A stretch of 64,000 nucleotides of DNA from Eledone cirrhosa (GCA_964016885.1 OZ024741.1:312790001-312854000), one strand, 5' to 3'. Shown: positions 14,440 through 27,900, numbered from the stretch's first letter. A program made the numbers and translations. Notes: generated by a model not told the origin, from the sequence alone.

Positions 14440-15460
14440 AGAGGGTCATATTTGTGTAATATTGCCAGAATTAATAACAGAACACACTCACTGTTTGGTT
14501 GGTTTTCGCTTCTTGCTGTCTTTTATATCTGCGATCTAACTTAATCGGTCCTCAATGTTGCCATTGCCTGACCGACGGTCAAAAATAATACATATACAAT
14601 ATAGACACAAACACATATATATAGTTTACATAATTTACATAAATCTTTCGTTGCACATCTGCAACATCGTCAGTGGTGTTATATTTTTTCTTCCTGTTGT
14701 GTTTTATGTCTACGCCATTTTTTTAATTCAGTCTGTCTATATATTTATTAATTTATTTGCTTGTTTGTTTATTTTATTCTGTCTTCTTTGCGCATGCGTT
14801 TGCGTGTGTGTACAGTGTTGTGTGTGCTGTGTGACTAGTGTGTATAGTGTTGTGTCTGCTGGGTGACTAGTGTGTGTTTATGTGCTTGTTGTTATTGTGC
14901 TTGTGTATGTATTTATTTATCTTATTTTATTTTACTTTATTTATTTACTTATTTATACTTCTCTTAGGTCAGTGTTGTTTGTTTGGGTGTTGTTGCTGTT
15001 CCACTCATTCTTTCTGTTTAGCTTTGGTCTTCTAATTTCTATTTCACTGGCCTCTCTGATTTGCCTATCTGCTGGGTCATTCCTATGTTTAGATATTATT
15101 CTAATTTCTATGTTGTCTATGTTACCGTCATGTTGTTGTCTAGAATGTTCGTATAGTACTGACCCGTTTCTTCGTCCTTTTAGTTCCCCCCAGTGTTGGT
15201 CTATCCTTTCACCTATGCTACGAGCTGTCTCACCTATGTATGTTGTTGTCATGTTTCTGCAAGTACCGTCTGTACATCTTATGCTATAGACTACGTTTCT
15301 AGTTTTACAGTTTATCCGGGGGTTCACCTTACATATGATACATTTCCTATTGGTACAGTGGGTTTTCTTAAAAGGGTAGGTTTTGCTGATCAGGGATTTT
15401 ATGGTGGTTCTTGGCTTTTCTACCACCTTTATTTTTAAGTGGGTCTTTCTCATCGCCGCT
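14437..15460 (-). mobile_element. 5'-truncated Penelope-like element: GIY-YIG endonuclease + pLTR
   Basis: ORF 14953-15453 contains a Cys-rich linker, then NVVYSIRC...YIGETARSIGERIDQH...RQIREASEI..LN (GIY-YIG). Both ends lie in (TA)n. Confidence 0.9.
14636..14678 (-). ncRNA. Hammerhead ribozyme core in PLE pLTR (stem I weak)
   Basis: Minus strand: CTGACGA-T-GTTGCA GA TGTGCAAC-GAAA-GATT-TA. Confidence 0.55.
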
Positions 15461-15576
15461 ATATATATATATATATATGAGTAAAAGGAAAAGAAAATGC
15501 TGACAACTTTTTTCCCAGTGAAAAATAGTTTAATTAGGAATAAGTAAAAATCAGTAATAAGTTTTGGTTAGTATGC

Positions 15577-15762
15577 AGTTTTAGTTTTAAGTTTTTTACC
15601 GGTTGCGCATCTATAATGCTTTTCAAAAATAATTTTGAGATAGAGCGCCCGTGATGTTTGCTCTAATCTGAGATTAGAGAAAACATCACAGGCGCTCTAT
15701 CTCAACATTATTTTTGAAAAACATTAGAAATGCGCAACCGGTAAAAAGTTAAAACTAAAACA
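15577..15762. repeat. ~185-bp imperfect palindrome
   Basis: Arms ...ACCGGTTGCGCAT...GAGATAGAGCGCC...CTCTAATCT / AGATTAGAG...GGCGCTCTATCTC...ATGCGCAACCGGT, centre ~15670. Confidence 0.9.
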
Positions 15763-15899
15763 GGACCATAAGTAGTACATGTGTAAAGTTTAAAAATAAT
15801 CGGTTGGGTGGTTCTCGAGTTTTAGGCAGTCAGTCAGACAGACAGACAGACATACATTCCCTGTTTTAGATATATAGATTATTATTATTATTATTATTT

Positions 15900-18885
15900 G
15901 TGCTAAATCTCTCGAGAGGTCTTGTTTAAAAAAAATATGGCGGACGGAAAAATTGTCCACAGGAAAGAACAGCGGATTGTTCACATTTCGTCCAATCGCA
16001 AGGCAGATGTAACAACAGCAGAAACAGCAGCAGCCATAGTGGCAGTAGCAGTGACAATAACGGCAGCAGCAACAACTATGGCAGTAGCCGTGAGAACAGC
16101 AGCAACAACCACTTGAACATTAGCAGCGGCAGCAGCACCAACAACTACTTTTATATTATCAGCAGCAGCACAGCGTCAGACTACATCAAAGATTTTCCGT
16201 CGTTAGAAAAATCAACAAGCACTAGGGCCACTGCCACTTTAATAACGACAACAACACCAGCAACAGCCACAAAGAACCCAACGGACAAGAATTGTAACAG
16301 CAACAACACAGACGAAAAAACTAACAAGACCACTACCACCACCACCACCATTAATAACAACAGCGACAACAACAAATGCAAGACTAACAATTAACCAACA
16401 CAGCAAACAGAAGCGACATCATTCGCAAAGCTGCAAAAAATGTCGAACGTGACACGTGAGCGATGATGGTAAAAAAGACCAGAGACAGGGTAAGTCTCAC
16501 CCGCCCAGCTAATATAATAAAAAACAACTTTTTGTGTTCGGTCAGTTACCGCACAATTGGACTAAAATTGCGCCGGGCCTAACGGGCAATGGAGTCGCAG
16601 ATCCAAAAGGCTATGGGTGCCTTCTGGGCATAGAAAACATACATACCCCGAGGATCGAAATATGGCACTGTGGATGTGTTCTTCGCTACACCCGAAGAAG
16701 CCAGAGCACACTCCATTGCGTCACTCCGCAGTGACAAAATCATAATGATGCCCACCTACTGCGGCCAGAGAGTCGTGAGGATAGGCGTGACCATGGTTCC
16801 GCCTTCAGTGGAGATTGCATGGCTGATGGCGGTCGTCCTCGCAGACGTAGAGGAGTCAATAACTATATTCGATGTCACGCGGATAAGACAGGAGAATTGA
16901 ACAGGCTCGGGGTGGGGCTAATCACCCAACCAGATCACGAGAGCATCGATGCCATCCCCGATGTGGTAGACCTGGATGACGGCAGCCATCTACCAGTGAC
17001 TGTCGAAAATAGGCGTACAAGGTGACATAGGTGGGATGACATGACGCACCTTAAGGCCTTCTGCCTCAAACTCACCAAAACGAGCACGGGTCCCCCTTCT
17101 CCCTACGCCGTTTCTCGCGACTGGAGTGGACAACCCAACCAAGACCACAGTGGCAGAAGAAATATTAGATGCACTAACAACAAAAACCACCAAATATTAC
17201 CACCACCAGCAAGACCAATGGAGAGCATACCACTTCCCGACATTTCTAAATCGGACAAGGAGTGCGATGACGCCAAAGGATAGAAAACCATCCCAGCAAA
17301 AAAAGGAAGGATTCCCTACCTTCGCCCTCCCCTCTCCCAAAAGAGGAAGACAAAAAACAAAAACAGCTACACCTCCACAACCACCTACACTATCACCACC
17401 ACCACTGCACCTACCGCAACAGCAGACATAATACACAGCCATAGACAAAGACAACACAAGGCTTTTAAATTACATTCAATACCACACCAACATCACAGAA
17501 ACAAACTACGTACAGACTAACAAAATTACACCGTCCACACACAAAAATAATCGAAATCATCCCCCAAAATTACATAACATTTAAAAAAATATCCCCCACA
17601 TCAATTGGAGACTACCGAGGGAACATCACTAAAATAATATTCAGACTTTCTCGTGGAGAAACCCGCCACTAGTCGGAGGGATGGATCACCCACCCACTTC
17701 CTAAAAAAAGCCACATGTAAAGTTTCTTTTCCTTTTACTTTGCCCCCTTTTTTTCCTCCTATCCTAGCCAACATGGTTTCTCTCAGGATAGGGAGCATAA
17801 ATGCACGTGGCCTGTAGTCATCTTGGAAGCAGGGTCACCTGCTCAACGATCTCAGGACACATAGATGTGGTGGCCATCAGCGAGAACAGAATCTCCTAGG
17901 CACGGGCATTCACACCCATTTTTAGTGGCCACGAGGTGTTCACATCTCCAAGCCGTCCTGGATCCAGGGGGGGGGGGGGGCTGTGTTGTTCCGGAGAAAT
18001 CTGGACCCAGAAGGTAAGTTGGTGCTGCTGGACGTGATCAGCGGAGAAGGGGAGCTTTCATGCAAGTGGCCGTCTATGCCCCGACAGGAGGAGGATGGTC
18101 TGTCTTCTTTCGGCTTCTAGAGACCTTTCTTGGAACGTCCTGTTCTTTAGTGTTAGTGGGCGACTGGAACGAGATCTTAGATGCACGCTGGGAGTGTTCC
18201 CAGAAGGTAAGTCGGTGGTGCTGGACGTGACCAGCAGCGAAGGCTATACTTTTAGGCTGGTGGCTGTTTATGCCCCGAGAGAGGTAGGACGGCCTGATTT
18301 CTTCAGTCGACTGGAGACGTTCCTGGGAACATCCCGCACTTTAATATTAGTGGGCGATTGGAACGGGATATTGGGTTCACGCTGGTATTGTGTATTATTA
18401 GCGGATAGGAGAGGAGGGTGTAAAAGCCTCGCAAACCTGAACATACGTTTTCAACTCTCTGACAGGTACCGTCTAGATTTCCCGAATGTGCCAATGTGGA
18501 CATGGTCAAACCACATCGGGTCATCCAGATCGTATCTAGATAGAGTATTTTGTAAATAAATAGATAGTTCTAGCATAGGTTGTACACAATTCAAAATAGT
18601 CTACTACACAGACCACAAATTCGTGACCTACGTGGTTAATTTAGATGGGCTTCATAGACAGAGACCCAGCTACTGGAAGCTAAACGCTTCATTGACAGTG
18701 CGCAAAGGCTAAAGAGACCGGATTAGCGAACTAGTTAAGCGGGTGTTTACGGGGGCAATTGTCAACGACAAATGGTGATTCGCCCTGAAAAGGACGATTA
18801 GAATGGCGTCCATAAGGTTTAGTAAGGCGTTAGCAATGGAGAAAAATAGAACAGAGGGAGAACTATTTTGAAAATTAGACGATGA
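15900..18885 (+). mobile_element. Diverged Tx1-clade LINE copy D (ORF1 + endonuclease with internal duplication, 3'-truncated)
   Basis: ORFs 16670-16900 (DVFFATPEEARAHSIA..) and 18095-18559 (..SRSYLDRVFCK) are homologous to copies B/C. The EN segment is duplicated (~18001-18190 and ~18199-18380). It is preceded by (TTA)n at 15879-15898. Confidence 0.85.
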
Positions 18886-19090
18886 TATCACAGATGTGTG
18901 ACGAAAGAACTTTGATAGACTATATATAAATATTTATATCTGTATTTTTAACCATTGGACAATCAACGATAAACATTGATTGCTATATAAATTAACTATC
19001 GAGATATAAAAGATACAGAAGCGAAAGCCAATCCAAACCAAACAGTGAGTGTGTTTTATTATTATTTCTGGCAATATTATAACAAATTAT
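18886..19090 (+). mobile_element. PLE pLTR fragment with the 3' half of an HHR
   Basis: TCACAGATGTGTGACGAAAGAACTTTGA matches the HHR at 34395-34437. 19035-19085 is the reverse complement of 14450-14500. Confidence 0.65.
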
Positions 19091-19149
19091 TTAATAAGAA
19101 ACAATTATAACAAATTATTATAACAATATTTAATATCAAAACCTTGCAA

Positions 19150-19188
<39 letters not shown>

Positions 19189-19196
19189 TATATATG

Positions 19197-19253
<57 letters not shown>

Positions 19254-19285
19254 AGATCAAAAGATGGTTAAAGGAGTTCCATATA

Positions 19286-19352
19286 TTTTATTATGCGCAT
19301 TTCAAAAACAAACATCATCAAGCAATAATATTTGTGTTTTCATCAGATAAAA
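19286..19352 (-). ncRNA. Type-I hammerhead ribozyme with long stem II
   Basis: Minus strand: TTTTAT-CTGATGA-AAACACAAATATTATT GCTT GATGATGTTTGTTTTT-GAAA-TGCGCA-TA-ATAAAA. Loop III is palindromic. Confidence 0.8.
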
Positions 19353-19446
19353 CAGGAGAACATGATATGAAGGCTAAAAAAACACTTGTTGATAGTGCAG
19401 TTTTAAATCAACATATGAAAAGTGGTTTTAGATTGATGTGTGATAT

Positions 19447-19860
19447 TGGGAAAAATATTTTATTTAGAGAGGGGGGGGGGAGGATGAAAAGGGAAGGAGA
19501 TGAGAGGGAGAGATGGGTGATAGAGAGAAAGAGATAGTTTTTATAACTGAGAGGAGATATATTTTTTACATAGAGGGGCTGAAAACCGTTGGAAGATACT
19601 GTATAAATTAAAAATTTTGAAATTTAACGAAGGGAGGATATGTGCGATGAAAAAATATTTTATTTAGGGAGGGGGGGGGAAGGATGAAAAAAAGGGGGGA
19701 GGAGATGAGAGTGAAGGTGGAGAGGGAGAGATGGGTGATAGAGAGAAAGAGATAGTTTTTATAACTGAGAAAAAGATATATTGTTTTAATATAGAGAGGT
19801 TAGGAACCGTTGGAAGATAATGTATAAATTAAAGGAATTTGAAAATTAACGAAGGGAAAT
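19447..19860. repeat. ~200-bp direct duplication in purine-rich sequence next to the HHR (probable PLE 3' UTR on minus strand)
   Basis: GAAAAATATTTTATTTAG...GAGATGGGTGATAGAGAGAAAGAGATAG...AACCGTTGGAAGAT occurs twice. Confidence 0.75.
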
Positions 19861-20414
19861 TATGTATGAAGATAGAGAGAAAAAAATAATAATTGTGGGT
19901 GAATATTCTAACGTCAAAAGAAGAAATGTATGTATTGTGGCAATTTCAAAATTAGCGAAGAGAAAAATTGTTAAGGTTTGTGTGTAGAAGGATTTGAGAA
20001 AAATAATGTGAAGTTAAAGTTTGTATATTGAATTGATATGTATTAATAATGAGTTCGTTGATGGGGAGAAAAAGATAATAATAAATTAAGGATGAAATTG
20101 AGATTAAAAAGATTTATGATAGAGAGAAAAAATAATAATGATTGCGGATGAATATTCAAAATGTCAAAAACAAATGTTATTATTTTACGAGAAGATAGAA
20201 TGAGGGTAATGAGTAAACGAGTATTATAGAGTGTATAATGCCCTTTAAAGTAAGGTAGATGGGTATATTTTAAAGAGGTGTATGTATATGTGCCTTTGAG
20301 AAAAGATTCTAAATTGATAAAGAATTGAATATTAACTGTATACTTTGTGAAAAGTTCTATGGAATTTATGCAGGCAGATAGAAAACAAATCTGAGCGTCT
20401 ATTTATTATAGATT

Positions 20415-20546
20415 CTAACCGTCGAAACGGCTTGAGCTCAGCTGTCGGGGTCTTACTGGTTCCTATTACCCACTCTACTACCTCAAGTATTGAGTACTTT
20501 GGTGCGTTATGGTCTACCTGGTTCCTTACCACATTTCCTTCGTTAT

Positions 20547-20620
<74 letters not shown>

Positions 20621-20810
20621 CGAAGGAAATGTGGTAAGGAACCAGGTGGACCATAACGCACCAAAGTACTCAATACTTGAGGTAGTAGAGTGGGTAATAG
20701 GAACCAGTAAGACCCCGACAGCTGAGCTCAAGCCGTTTCGACGGCTAATTCTGGAGTCCAGAATTAGCCGTCGAAACGGCTTGAGCTCAGCTGTCGGGGT
20801 CTTACTGGTT

Positions 20811-20813
<3 letters not shown>
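20415..20813. repeat. Nested inverted repeats of family B (carries the 3' half of a hammerhead)
   Basis: 20415-20546 is inverted at 20619-20745 around (TA)n, with a second palindrome centred at ~20756. Other copies are at 31925-32070, 32925-33015 and 43010-43175. Confidence 0.9.
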
Positions 20814-20886
<73 letters not shown>

Positions 20887-21389
20887 GGCGTGTGCATATG
20901 TGTATATATATAGGTATGCATAGTGTGTGTATATATATTTCTATACGTATATACGCAGGTTGTCTTTGTGCATGTATATATGTAGGTATTTATATTATTT
21001 TCTTTACGCATGCCTGTTTGCTTAATTTGCGTGTGTATGTGTATGTCCACATGGGATTTTCTGTATATTCATTAACACTGACTTATATATGCATGTGCGT
21101 ATCTATATGTGTATGTATGTGTAAATATATGTTGATATATATTTCTTTTCATTTTATGTGTATGTGCATGTATGTGTATCTGATTCTCTGAGTACAAGTA
21201 TTTTTTCCATTATTTCAATTCAGCCTCACTTTCATGTTTAATAGATTTTAATTTCAAATCTTATATCCACTAGTAGAAAAACCGCCCCGGGCGGTTTTCT
21301 GCTAACATATGTAGTGTGCATATTGGTATTATACGCAAATATATATGCATATAGATATATATAAATTGAAAAGTAAATTGACAATATCT

Positions 21390-22020
21390 TCTTCTTAACC
21401 TACTTATTTCTGAGACGGTCGTGGGGAAAGAGTCCTTCTCAAACACTCCTTCCAGCGAGTCTGTCAGAAGCAAACATCTGTAACTTATCCAGCTGGATCT
21501 CAAAGCGTGACCAGCCAAGCTCATGGATGTTATCCAACTATCTTGCTGAGTCTCCTGCCGGTTGGTTTTGCCTGTAAAATGTGTCCAGCGATTCTTTACT
21601 GAGACATTCTAACCACATGCTCATAATACCGGAGTTGTGATCTCTCAATTCGGAGAAGGAGCGGCTCTACCAGGAGTGACTCACTGGTCTCTGAGCTATG
21701 CACTTTATCGAGTAATATTATTCCAGAGACTCTTAGGAGGAATCCTATTTCTGCGGCTTTTATTTCCAATTGTATTCTTTTAGTCATTACTCAAGATTCA
21801 TGATCCTCAGTAAGAGTTGGCAGGAATACCAGGAAGACATCGAGTTTGGCTTTTACACCTACCCTCGTTCAACTGATTGCTGAATGCTGAGGTTCGCGCA
21901 TTACTTAATCAACTTTTGCAATTCTTGCACTTAATTCAGTCCCCTGCATTCCATCACTCATGAACACGGCTCCAAGATACGTGATCTTCTCTAACTGCTT
22001 CAGTAAGGCTCCATCCACAT
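21390..22020 (-). mobile_element. RTE-clade LINE 3' fragment
   Basis: ORF 21596-21787 (IKAAEIGFLLRVSG..LLLRIERSQLRYYEHVVRM) resembles the RTE post-RT region. Confidence 0.8.
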
Positions 22021-22254
22021 GTATATAAATAAATGACTACCCTTCCATCACGCAATGTGTATGTGTGTTTGTGTGAATGTATGTGTGTGTAAAAGGAAGG
22101 GAAGGGATACACACACATATATGTCTAACTTAAAAACAGTGACACACACAGACGTGTCTTTCATTTAAGAACGCCGACAAACTCACGCGCGCGCACATAC
22201 ACACACTGTCATATTACCACTTAAGAGCTTTGGCCCAGGCAAACATCCCTTCAA

Positions 22255-22605
22255 TTTTGAAACCATCTGGGTTGTCCTGAATTGATGGGAAAAGACTTGA
22301 CGTGAGTGACTCTTTTGCTTCTTCCCACATTCTGGATGCAGAGATGAGGGCGAGATCCACAGCATCTGCAGCTGAACGGAACACAATCCTAAAATACCGT
22401 GTTCTGTCAGCTAACTACATTATCCAGCCTGTGGCGGTCGAACGTTAGGGGGAATCGGGCTACCGACAGCGAGATTCTTATCTTCCCCGGCGGCTCGCCA
22501 AACAGAGGTGACTGGTGATGCTTGTGAAGGCGCTTGGTTATTCCAGCACCCCAGCGTCGCCCTCACCGTAGGTAACGCTGCGAGCGTGCTGGCCTGCCTA
22601 AAAAA
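22255..22605 (+). mobile_element. CRE-like non-LTR retrotransposon C-terminal (restriction-like endonuclease) remnant
   Basis: Hand translation across frameshifts gives ..ASAAERNTILKYRVLSANYIIQPVAVE..GAWLFQ..SVAL..GNAASVLACL. Confidence 0.65.
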
Positions 22606-22789
22606 TTATTAGAGAGGTTTCCCAGTGCTCCTCGTAATATTGCTGTTTCGCTCTGGTAGCTGCTCGTTTTCACCACTCTTTCGCCTGCATTTTGTTCTAT
22701 GCGGTCTAAAATGCGTGTATTACGTGCTTGTGTATCTTTTCTCTTTCTTTTTTCCTTTCCCTTTCCTTTGTATATATTATATAGAATTG

Positions 22790-22967
22790 GCATAATCGGT
22801 GGAGGGTCGGGCGCCATGCTTTTCAGCATAGTTACGTCCCTTTACGTTCTGAGTTCAAATCCCATCGAGGTTAATTTAGCCTTTCATCCTTACAGGGTGG
22901 ATAAAATAAAGTACCAGTAATGCACTGGGATAATTGCTGGCCTTGTACCAAAAGTAGAAACAATTAT
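22790..22967 (+). mobile_element. tRNA-derived SINE (octopus-type)
   Basis: B-box-like GAGTTCAAATCCC, then GCCTTTCATCC..GATAAAATAAAGTACCAGT..GGCCTTGT..AGTAGAAACAATTA. Repeated at 36405-36495, 40958-41050, 49087-49269, 51298-51367 and 63345-63397. Confidence 0.8.
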
Positions 22968-23194
22968 ATTTGTTAGTGTTTTCGTTCTGTAACCATTATA
23001 TTAAATGAGTTTAAAAAAAGAAGAGTTAATAAATAAATAAAATGCTAATGAATAAATAAAACATTATACTTGTTTTACCCTCCGATTTCCAATTCACCGA
23101 ACGCTGCTATCATGATTTTATGTGTGTGTTTGTGTAAATGTATATATGTGAATTATGAATTATAAGAATCAAAGAACTGTTCAAAACATTTTTA

Positions 23195-23241
23195 TGCTTA
23201 CAACTGTTTCCTCCAAACCGAGGTTTGGATTCTTCGGAGCA
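23195..23241 (-). ncRNA. Hammerhead motif with variant core CCGAAGA
   Basis: Minus strand: TGCT-CCGAAGA-A-TCCAAACC TC GGTTTGGA-G-GAAAC AGTT GTA-AGCA. Confidence 0.65.
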
Positions 23242-23407
23242 ATTTATTATTGAATGAACACTTATATGACCTCCTTTTCACCCAAGAGACATACAGATAC
23301 ATATGCAAATATTGTGGGTCAACATTCATTACAGCAATATTTGCATATGTATCTGCATGTCTCTTGGGTGAAAAGGAGGTCATATAAGTGTTCATTCAAT
23401 AATAAAT

Positions 23408-23454
23408 TGCTCCGAAGAATCCAAACCTCTGTTAGGAGGAAACAGTTGTAAGCA
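23408..23454 (+). ncRNA. Hammerhead motif with variant core CCGAAGA (stem II mutated)
   Basis: TGCT-CCGAAGA-ATCCAAACCTCTGTTAGGAG-GAAAC AGTT GTA-AGCA. Confidence 0.55.
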
Positions 23455-24144
23455 TAAAAATGTTTTGAACAGTTCTTTGATTCTTATAATTCATATAACT
23501 GCTCTGTAAATCATATGATGTTTTTACATTGAGCTACTTAACTTACTGGTAATAAGGTAGTAATATATTACTGCCTACCATTATTTAGGGTTTGTATAAA
23601 AAAAATATATATAACTGCAAAAGGTTTTTGTATTTACATAACCATAAATAGTATAATTAATACTATATGTGAATGTATGTATGTTTGGGTGAAAGTATGT
23701 GTGAATGTATGTGTATTTATCTGAATGTATGTCCGTGAGCGTCTAATTTCTATAAGTTTGTGTCTTGCGCGATTATAGTTATATACTAATAATAGTTATA
23801 TACTCATACATTTAGATGTATGTATGTGTACACTCACACGCGCCAGCGTGTAGAAAATCAGAATCTGTCTATCTCTCTCATCACACACTCTCTCTTTCTA
23901 TATATATGGTAGTTAAACTGGTAGTGGTGGCGACGATATACCGGAAGTGTAGAAACTTTTAAAAGAAGTCAATTTCAAATTATTAATGTTTATGAAATTT
24001 AGTTACGATATTTAGTACATAAATTATGTAATATTCATTCATTATTTATTCAAAGTAATCAAACTTATTTTACTAACCGGATTAAAAGAATTAAACCGCA
24101 TGCAGTCACGCAGTCCTTAATCTATTATAGTTTAGATATATAAA

Positions 24145-24218
24145 TATTTCATCTGATGAGCGTACTAGACGTTTCTGTTAAGATCGTCTAGTTTCATGAA
24201 ACCTTAAGTAATGGAATA
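24145..24218 (+). ncRNA. Type-I hammerhead ribozyme
   Basis: TATTTCAT-CTGATGA-GCGT ACTAGACG..CGTCTAGT TTCAT-GAAAC CTTAA GTA-ATGGAATA. Confidence 0.75.
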
Positions 24219-24245
24219 ATTATAGTGTGATGTTTATTACACCCC

Positions 24246-24295
<50 letters not shown>

Positions 24296-24681
24296 GAGAC
24301 ACACACACTCACACGCGCGAGCGCATATATATATATATTAAAGAAATTTACATTATTATTCCACAATGCTTAAAGCAAACTTCAATACTATCTTATATAT
24401 ATATATATACATACATATATGTTCGTAAACATTGGTGTATAAGTGTGAACGTGTATGTATGCAAGAAGTAAACGGATTAGAGCAAAATTTTATTGACAAT
24501 GATAATATATTTGTTAGCTTAATGCTTTGTATAGTAGAAAAGTATCATAAAGTTTCGGCCGTATACAAACACAGGCAGACGCGCACACACACACATCTAT
24601 AGAGAGGGATGGTGAAATAAACAGAAAGGGAGACATGGAGAGAGAAGTGGGAAGAAACAGACTATCATGTCTGTAATATAC

Positions 24682-24813
24682 CTTGACAATCGTCTCCACG
24701 ATAACCACCAGAACATCCATCTGAACATATTCCATTCTTCACGTTGCACTTAGTGTTGTTGATACAATGACATATATCATCACATTCTAAACCAAACCGT
24801 CCAACTTCACATC
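24682..24813 (-). CDS. EGF-like (laminin/MEGF-type) repeat exon of host gene
   Basis: tttttcag|GA TGT..CAA G|gtatat. 132 bp, phase 1-1. CEVGRFGLECDDICHCINNTKCNVKNGICSDGCSGGYRGDDCQ. Confidence 0.88.
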
Positions 24814-24933
24814 CTGAAAAAATCAATATAGACATATAATTAACAAAACTCTCAGACAACACTCCAACCTTAATCGGTGGAATAATAGTTCAGTAGTAAT
24901 AGATTAGCTTACGTCCACCAAAGAAGCTTAGAT

Positions 24934-27900
24934 CAGTGGTCGCCAACCTTTCTAAAACCGAGGAACCCTCTAAATATTTTGAATTCTTCACGGAACCTAT
25001 ACAGTACAAAACTTTTCAAAAAAAATAATAAAGTATTTATTTATTTTAGTGTTTCATGTGTCTGTATGTAATCGAACACAATGGCTTTTCTGCTGTTGCG
25101 CCTCATCAGTGAGTTTAGAAAATCGAGGTTCAACACTAGTTAATGCCAGTCTCATACACTCGTCAATTGCTGACAGTTTATTCCTCTTCTTTGTGCAGAT
25201 TTCCACCAACTGCGAAAACCCTTTTTCACACAAATAGCTAGATGGGAATAAAGTCAAATACTTCAATGCAAGTTGGCTGATTTCATTAAACTCCCCAATC
25301 AAGAATAAGTCGATCCATAGTTCTTTCTTTCTGCTTTCGAATATCACTTTCAGGTCTTCGTTTGAATTCAAATCCATCAACTGATGTAAGCATTGGACAG
25401 GTAGTAAATTTTTACAATTTCCAGCGTCATTTTATGACACTAACTGCTCGATCTCGGTGAACGGGATTTTTATCTATAAATTTCTGCTCACAATATATTT
25501 TTCCATCAAGTCAAAATAATCTGAAAAACCTGTGGAAAGCACATTTAAGTGAGAAAGAATGATCTTCTTTAGATTGCTGGAGTCAAAATTTTCTCTCTTT
25601 TTAATCTTTGTTCAAGGTTTGAAAGTAATTGTCCGATTCAATTCTTTTTTATAAAGATGTTTAATTTTGATTGAAAATATGTAATAAAATTGATTGAAGT
25701 AAAAATAGCTGCATGTTACCCTGAAGACACTTATTTAGTTTGTTCAGTTCACCAAAAATGTCTACTAAATAAGCGAGTTGCACATTCCATTCATTGGTTT
25801 CTAATACACTTGCTCTTTCATCAGTCTGTTTTTTTAGAAAAAACTATTATTTCTTCTCTCAGTTCAAAAACTCTCTTCATAGCATCCCCAAAAGGCAGCC
25901 AACGCACATCATTGTTCAATAACAATCTATTATAATTACTTCCAGAAGATTCACAAATAGATTCAAACATTCTAGAATTTTTTGCTCTTGCATGGATCAA
26001 ATTGATAATTTTGACAATGTCTTTCAGCTAGTCATTTAATATTTGAGCATCTCTGTCTTTGAATTTTTTTTAACACAAAACCTCTCGATGAATCATACAA
26101 TGATTTGAAATACAATTTTGGGTCTGTTCTTTAATTTTTGCAATCAAACCAGAATTTTTACCAGTCATTGCAGCTGCTCCATCTGTTGTTATTGAAGTCA
26201 ACTTGCTCCAAGATACACCATTTAAAAAAAAATACTCTTCAATTTTATTGAATATATCTTGACCTTTAGTTGTGATGTCTAATGCCAGACAAAACAAATA
26301 CCCATCTACTAATTCTTTTTTATCAAGGTCTACAAACCGTACATAGCAAATTAATTGAGCCTTGTTATTAATATTCGTAGTTTCGTCCACTTGCAGTCCA
26401 AAACATGGGCTTTTCTTTAGTGCAGTTAGTATCTGATTTTCTATATCAGAAGAAATATCAATTATCCCTCTTTTTACGGTATTTGCTGACAATGGTAACT
26501 GGCTTAATTTTTCTTTGTCCTTAATACTGCAGCTTTCAAAAAGAAAGATTCTCTGGCAGAATTAACTGTTCTCCTAATGTAAATGGTTTCTTGTTTTTAC
26601 CAATCAAATGTGAAATCTCAAAAGATGTTCATGTTAAAGCTTTATTTCTATCTGACCTTTTACAAAACAAGTCATACATATTAGCTTGTGAATTTTTTTA
26701 TGTTGTTTTTCAGCGAAGTAAAGTATTCCAGTGACTTGTTTTTATCATTAGTGTGATTAGTATCAATGTGTCTTTTAAGTTTTACAGGATTTAAACAGCT
26801 ATTTGATAGAACTTTTGATCATAGCAAACACATGGGCTGATCTGGTGTATCTTTTTAAGTGTCAGCTTTTTGAAATCCATATCTAACATAATCATCACAC
26901 CACTGTCTAACCTTACTGCTGGTATCTAACTTCAGCTTCTTTGCAGTAGACATCATATCAATGTTATTTATCTACAGTTAACATTTTTAATATGACATTA
27001 ATAAACAAGAGAAATTAACAGTTTTTTTAATTACAAAAAGTACTTAAATTAACTTTAATTTTAGATATTTGGAAAAACTTAACTAGTTAAAAAAATATTT
27101 TAATTTTAAAAAATTGAAATTTCTCCATTTTAGGATGGCAAACATATTATTTAAAGTCTTATATTAATATTAAAATATTAGGGGTTACTGAAAAAGGTGC
27201 AAATTTATGAACAACTATAAGAAATTTTTTTCAGAGTCCAGCACTTCCTGCATATACTACTTTAGGGTCGTATAAAATATTATTGGTAATGTAAATATAA
27301 TAAATATCCGCCATACTAAAAGGTACAAAAAATGCAAATCAGCTGATAGTGTAGATGTGACGATGGTATTGGAAATTAATTCAGATATCTTCTATCTATT
27401 TTGAGTGAAAGTTAGATATAATATAAGAAGGCTTTAGGCTGCGTTAAACATATATTAGATTGGAACAAATAAAGTTTAGTCAAATGTTTGTGGACATATA
27501 TATTTATTGTATAAAGTAATTTCTCAATTGTGAATGCAGATGTCATCAAATGAATACATAATTGTGTGCCAAAGTTTATAGTGTCTGCATGGAATACAAA
27601 ATTACCTTTGTTAGTAGTCGAAACTTTACAGGCGTTATATTTTCTGTGCAAAGTACAACAGAATGTAACGTGTTCTTAATTAGAATTGTCTGTGGAACTG
27701 GATGCATGTTGAAAACGACTAGTAAGCGAGTTCACTCAGTGAGGAAACTTTAGACGACTTTAAAGCTTTTGTTAGGGCAGCAGATTAAAACGTGTTCTCT
27801 ATTGAACACATTCTACTGAACTTACGTTGTGAGAACAGCGAACTGACCCTGTCTCTTGGCTGAGAGACCTCGCTGAACTGAAGTTTTCAGTTTAAAGTTA

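Larger units (their letters stand above)
23150..23495. repeat. ~345-bp near-perfect palindrome with one HHR per arm
   Basis: Arms 23150-23314 and 23335-23495. The ORF track shows mirror ORFs 23198-23395 and 23254-23451. Confidence 0.95.
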
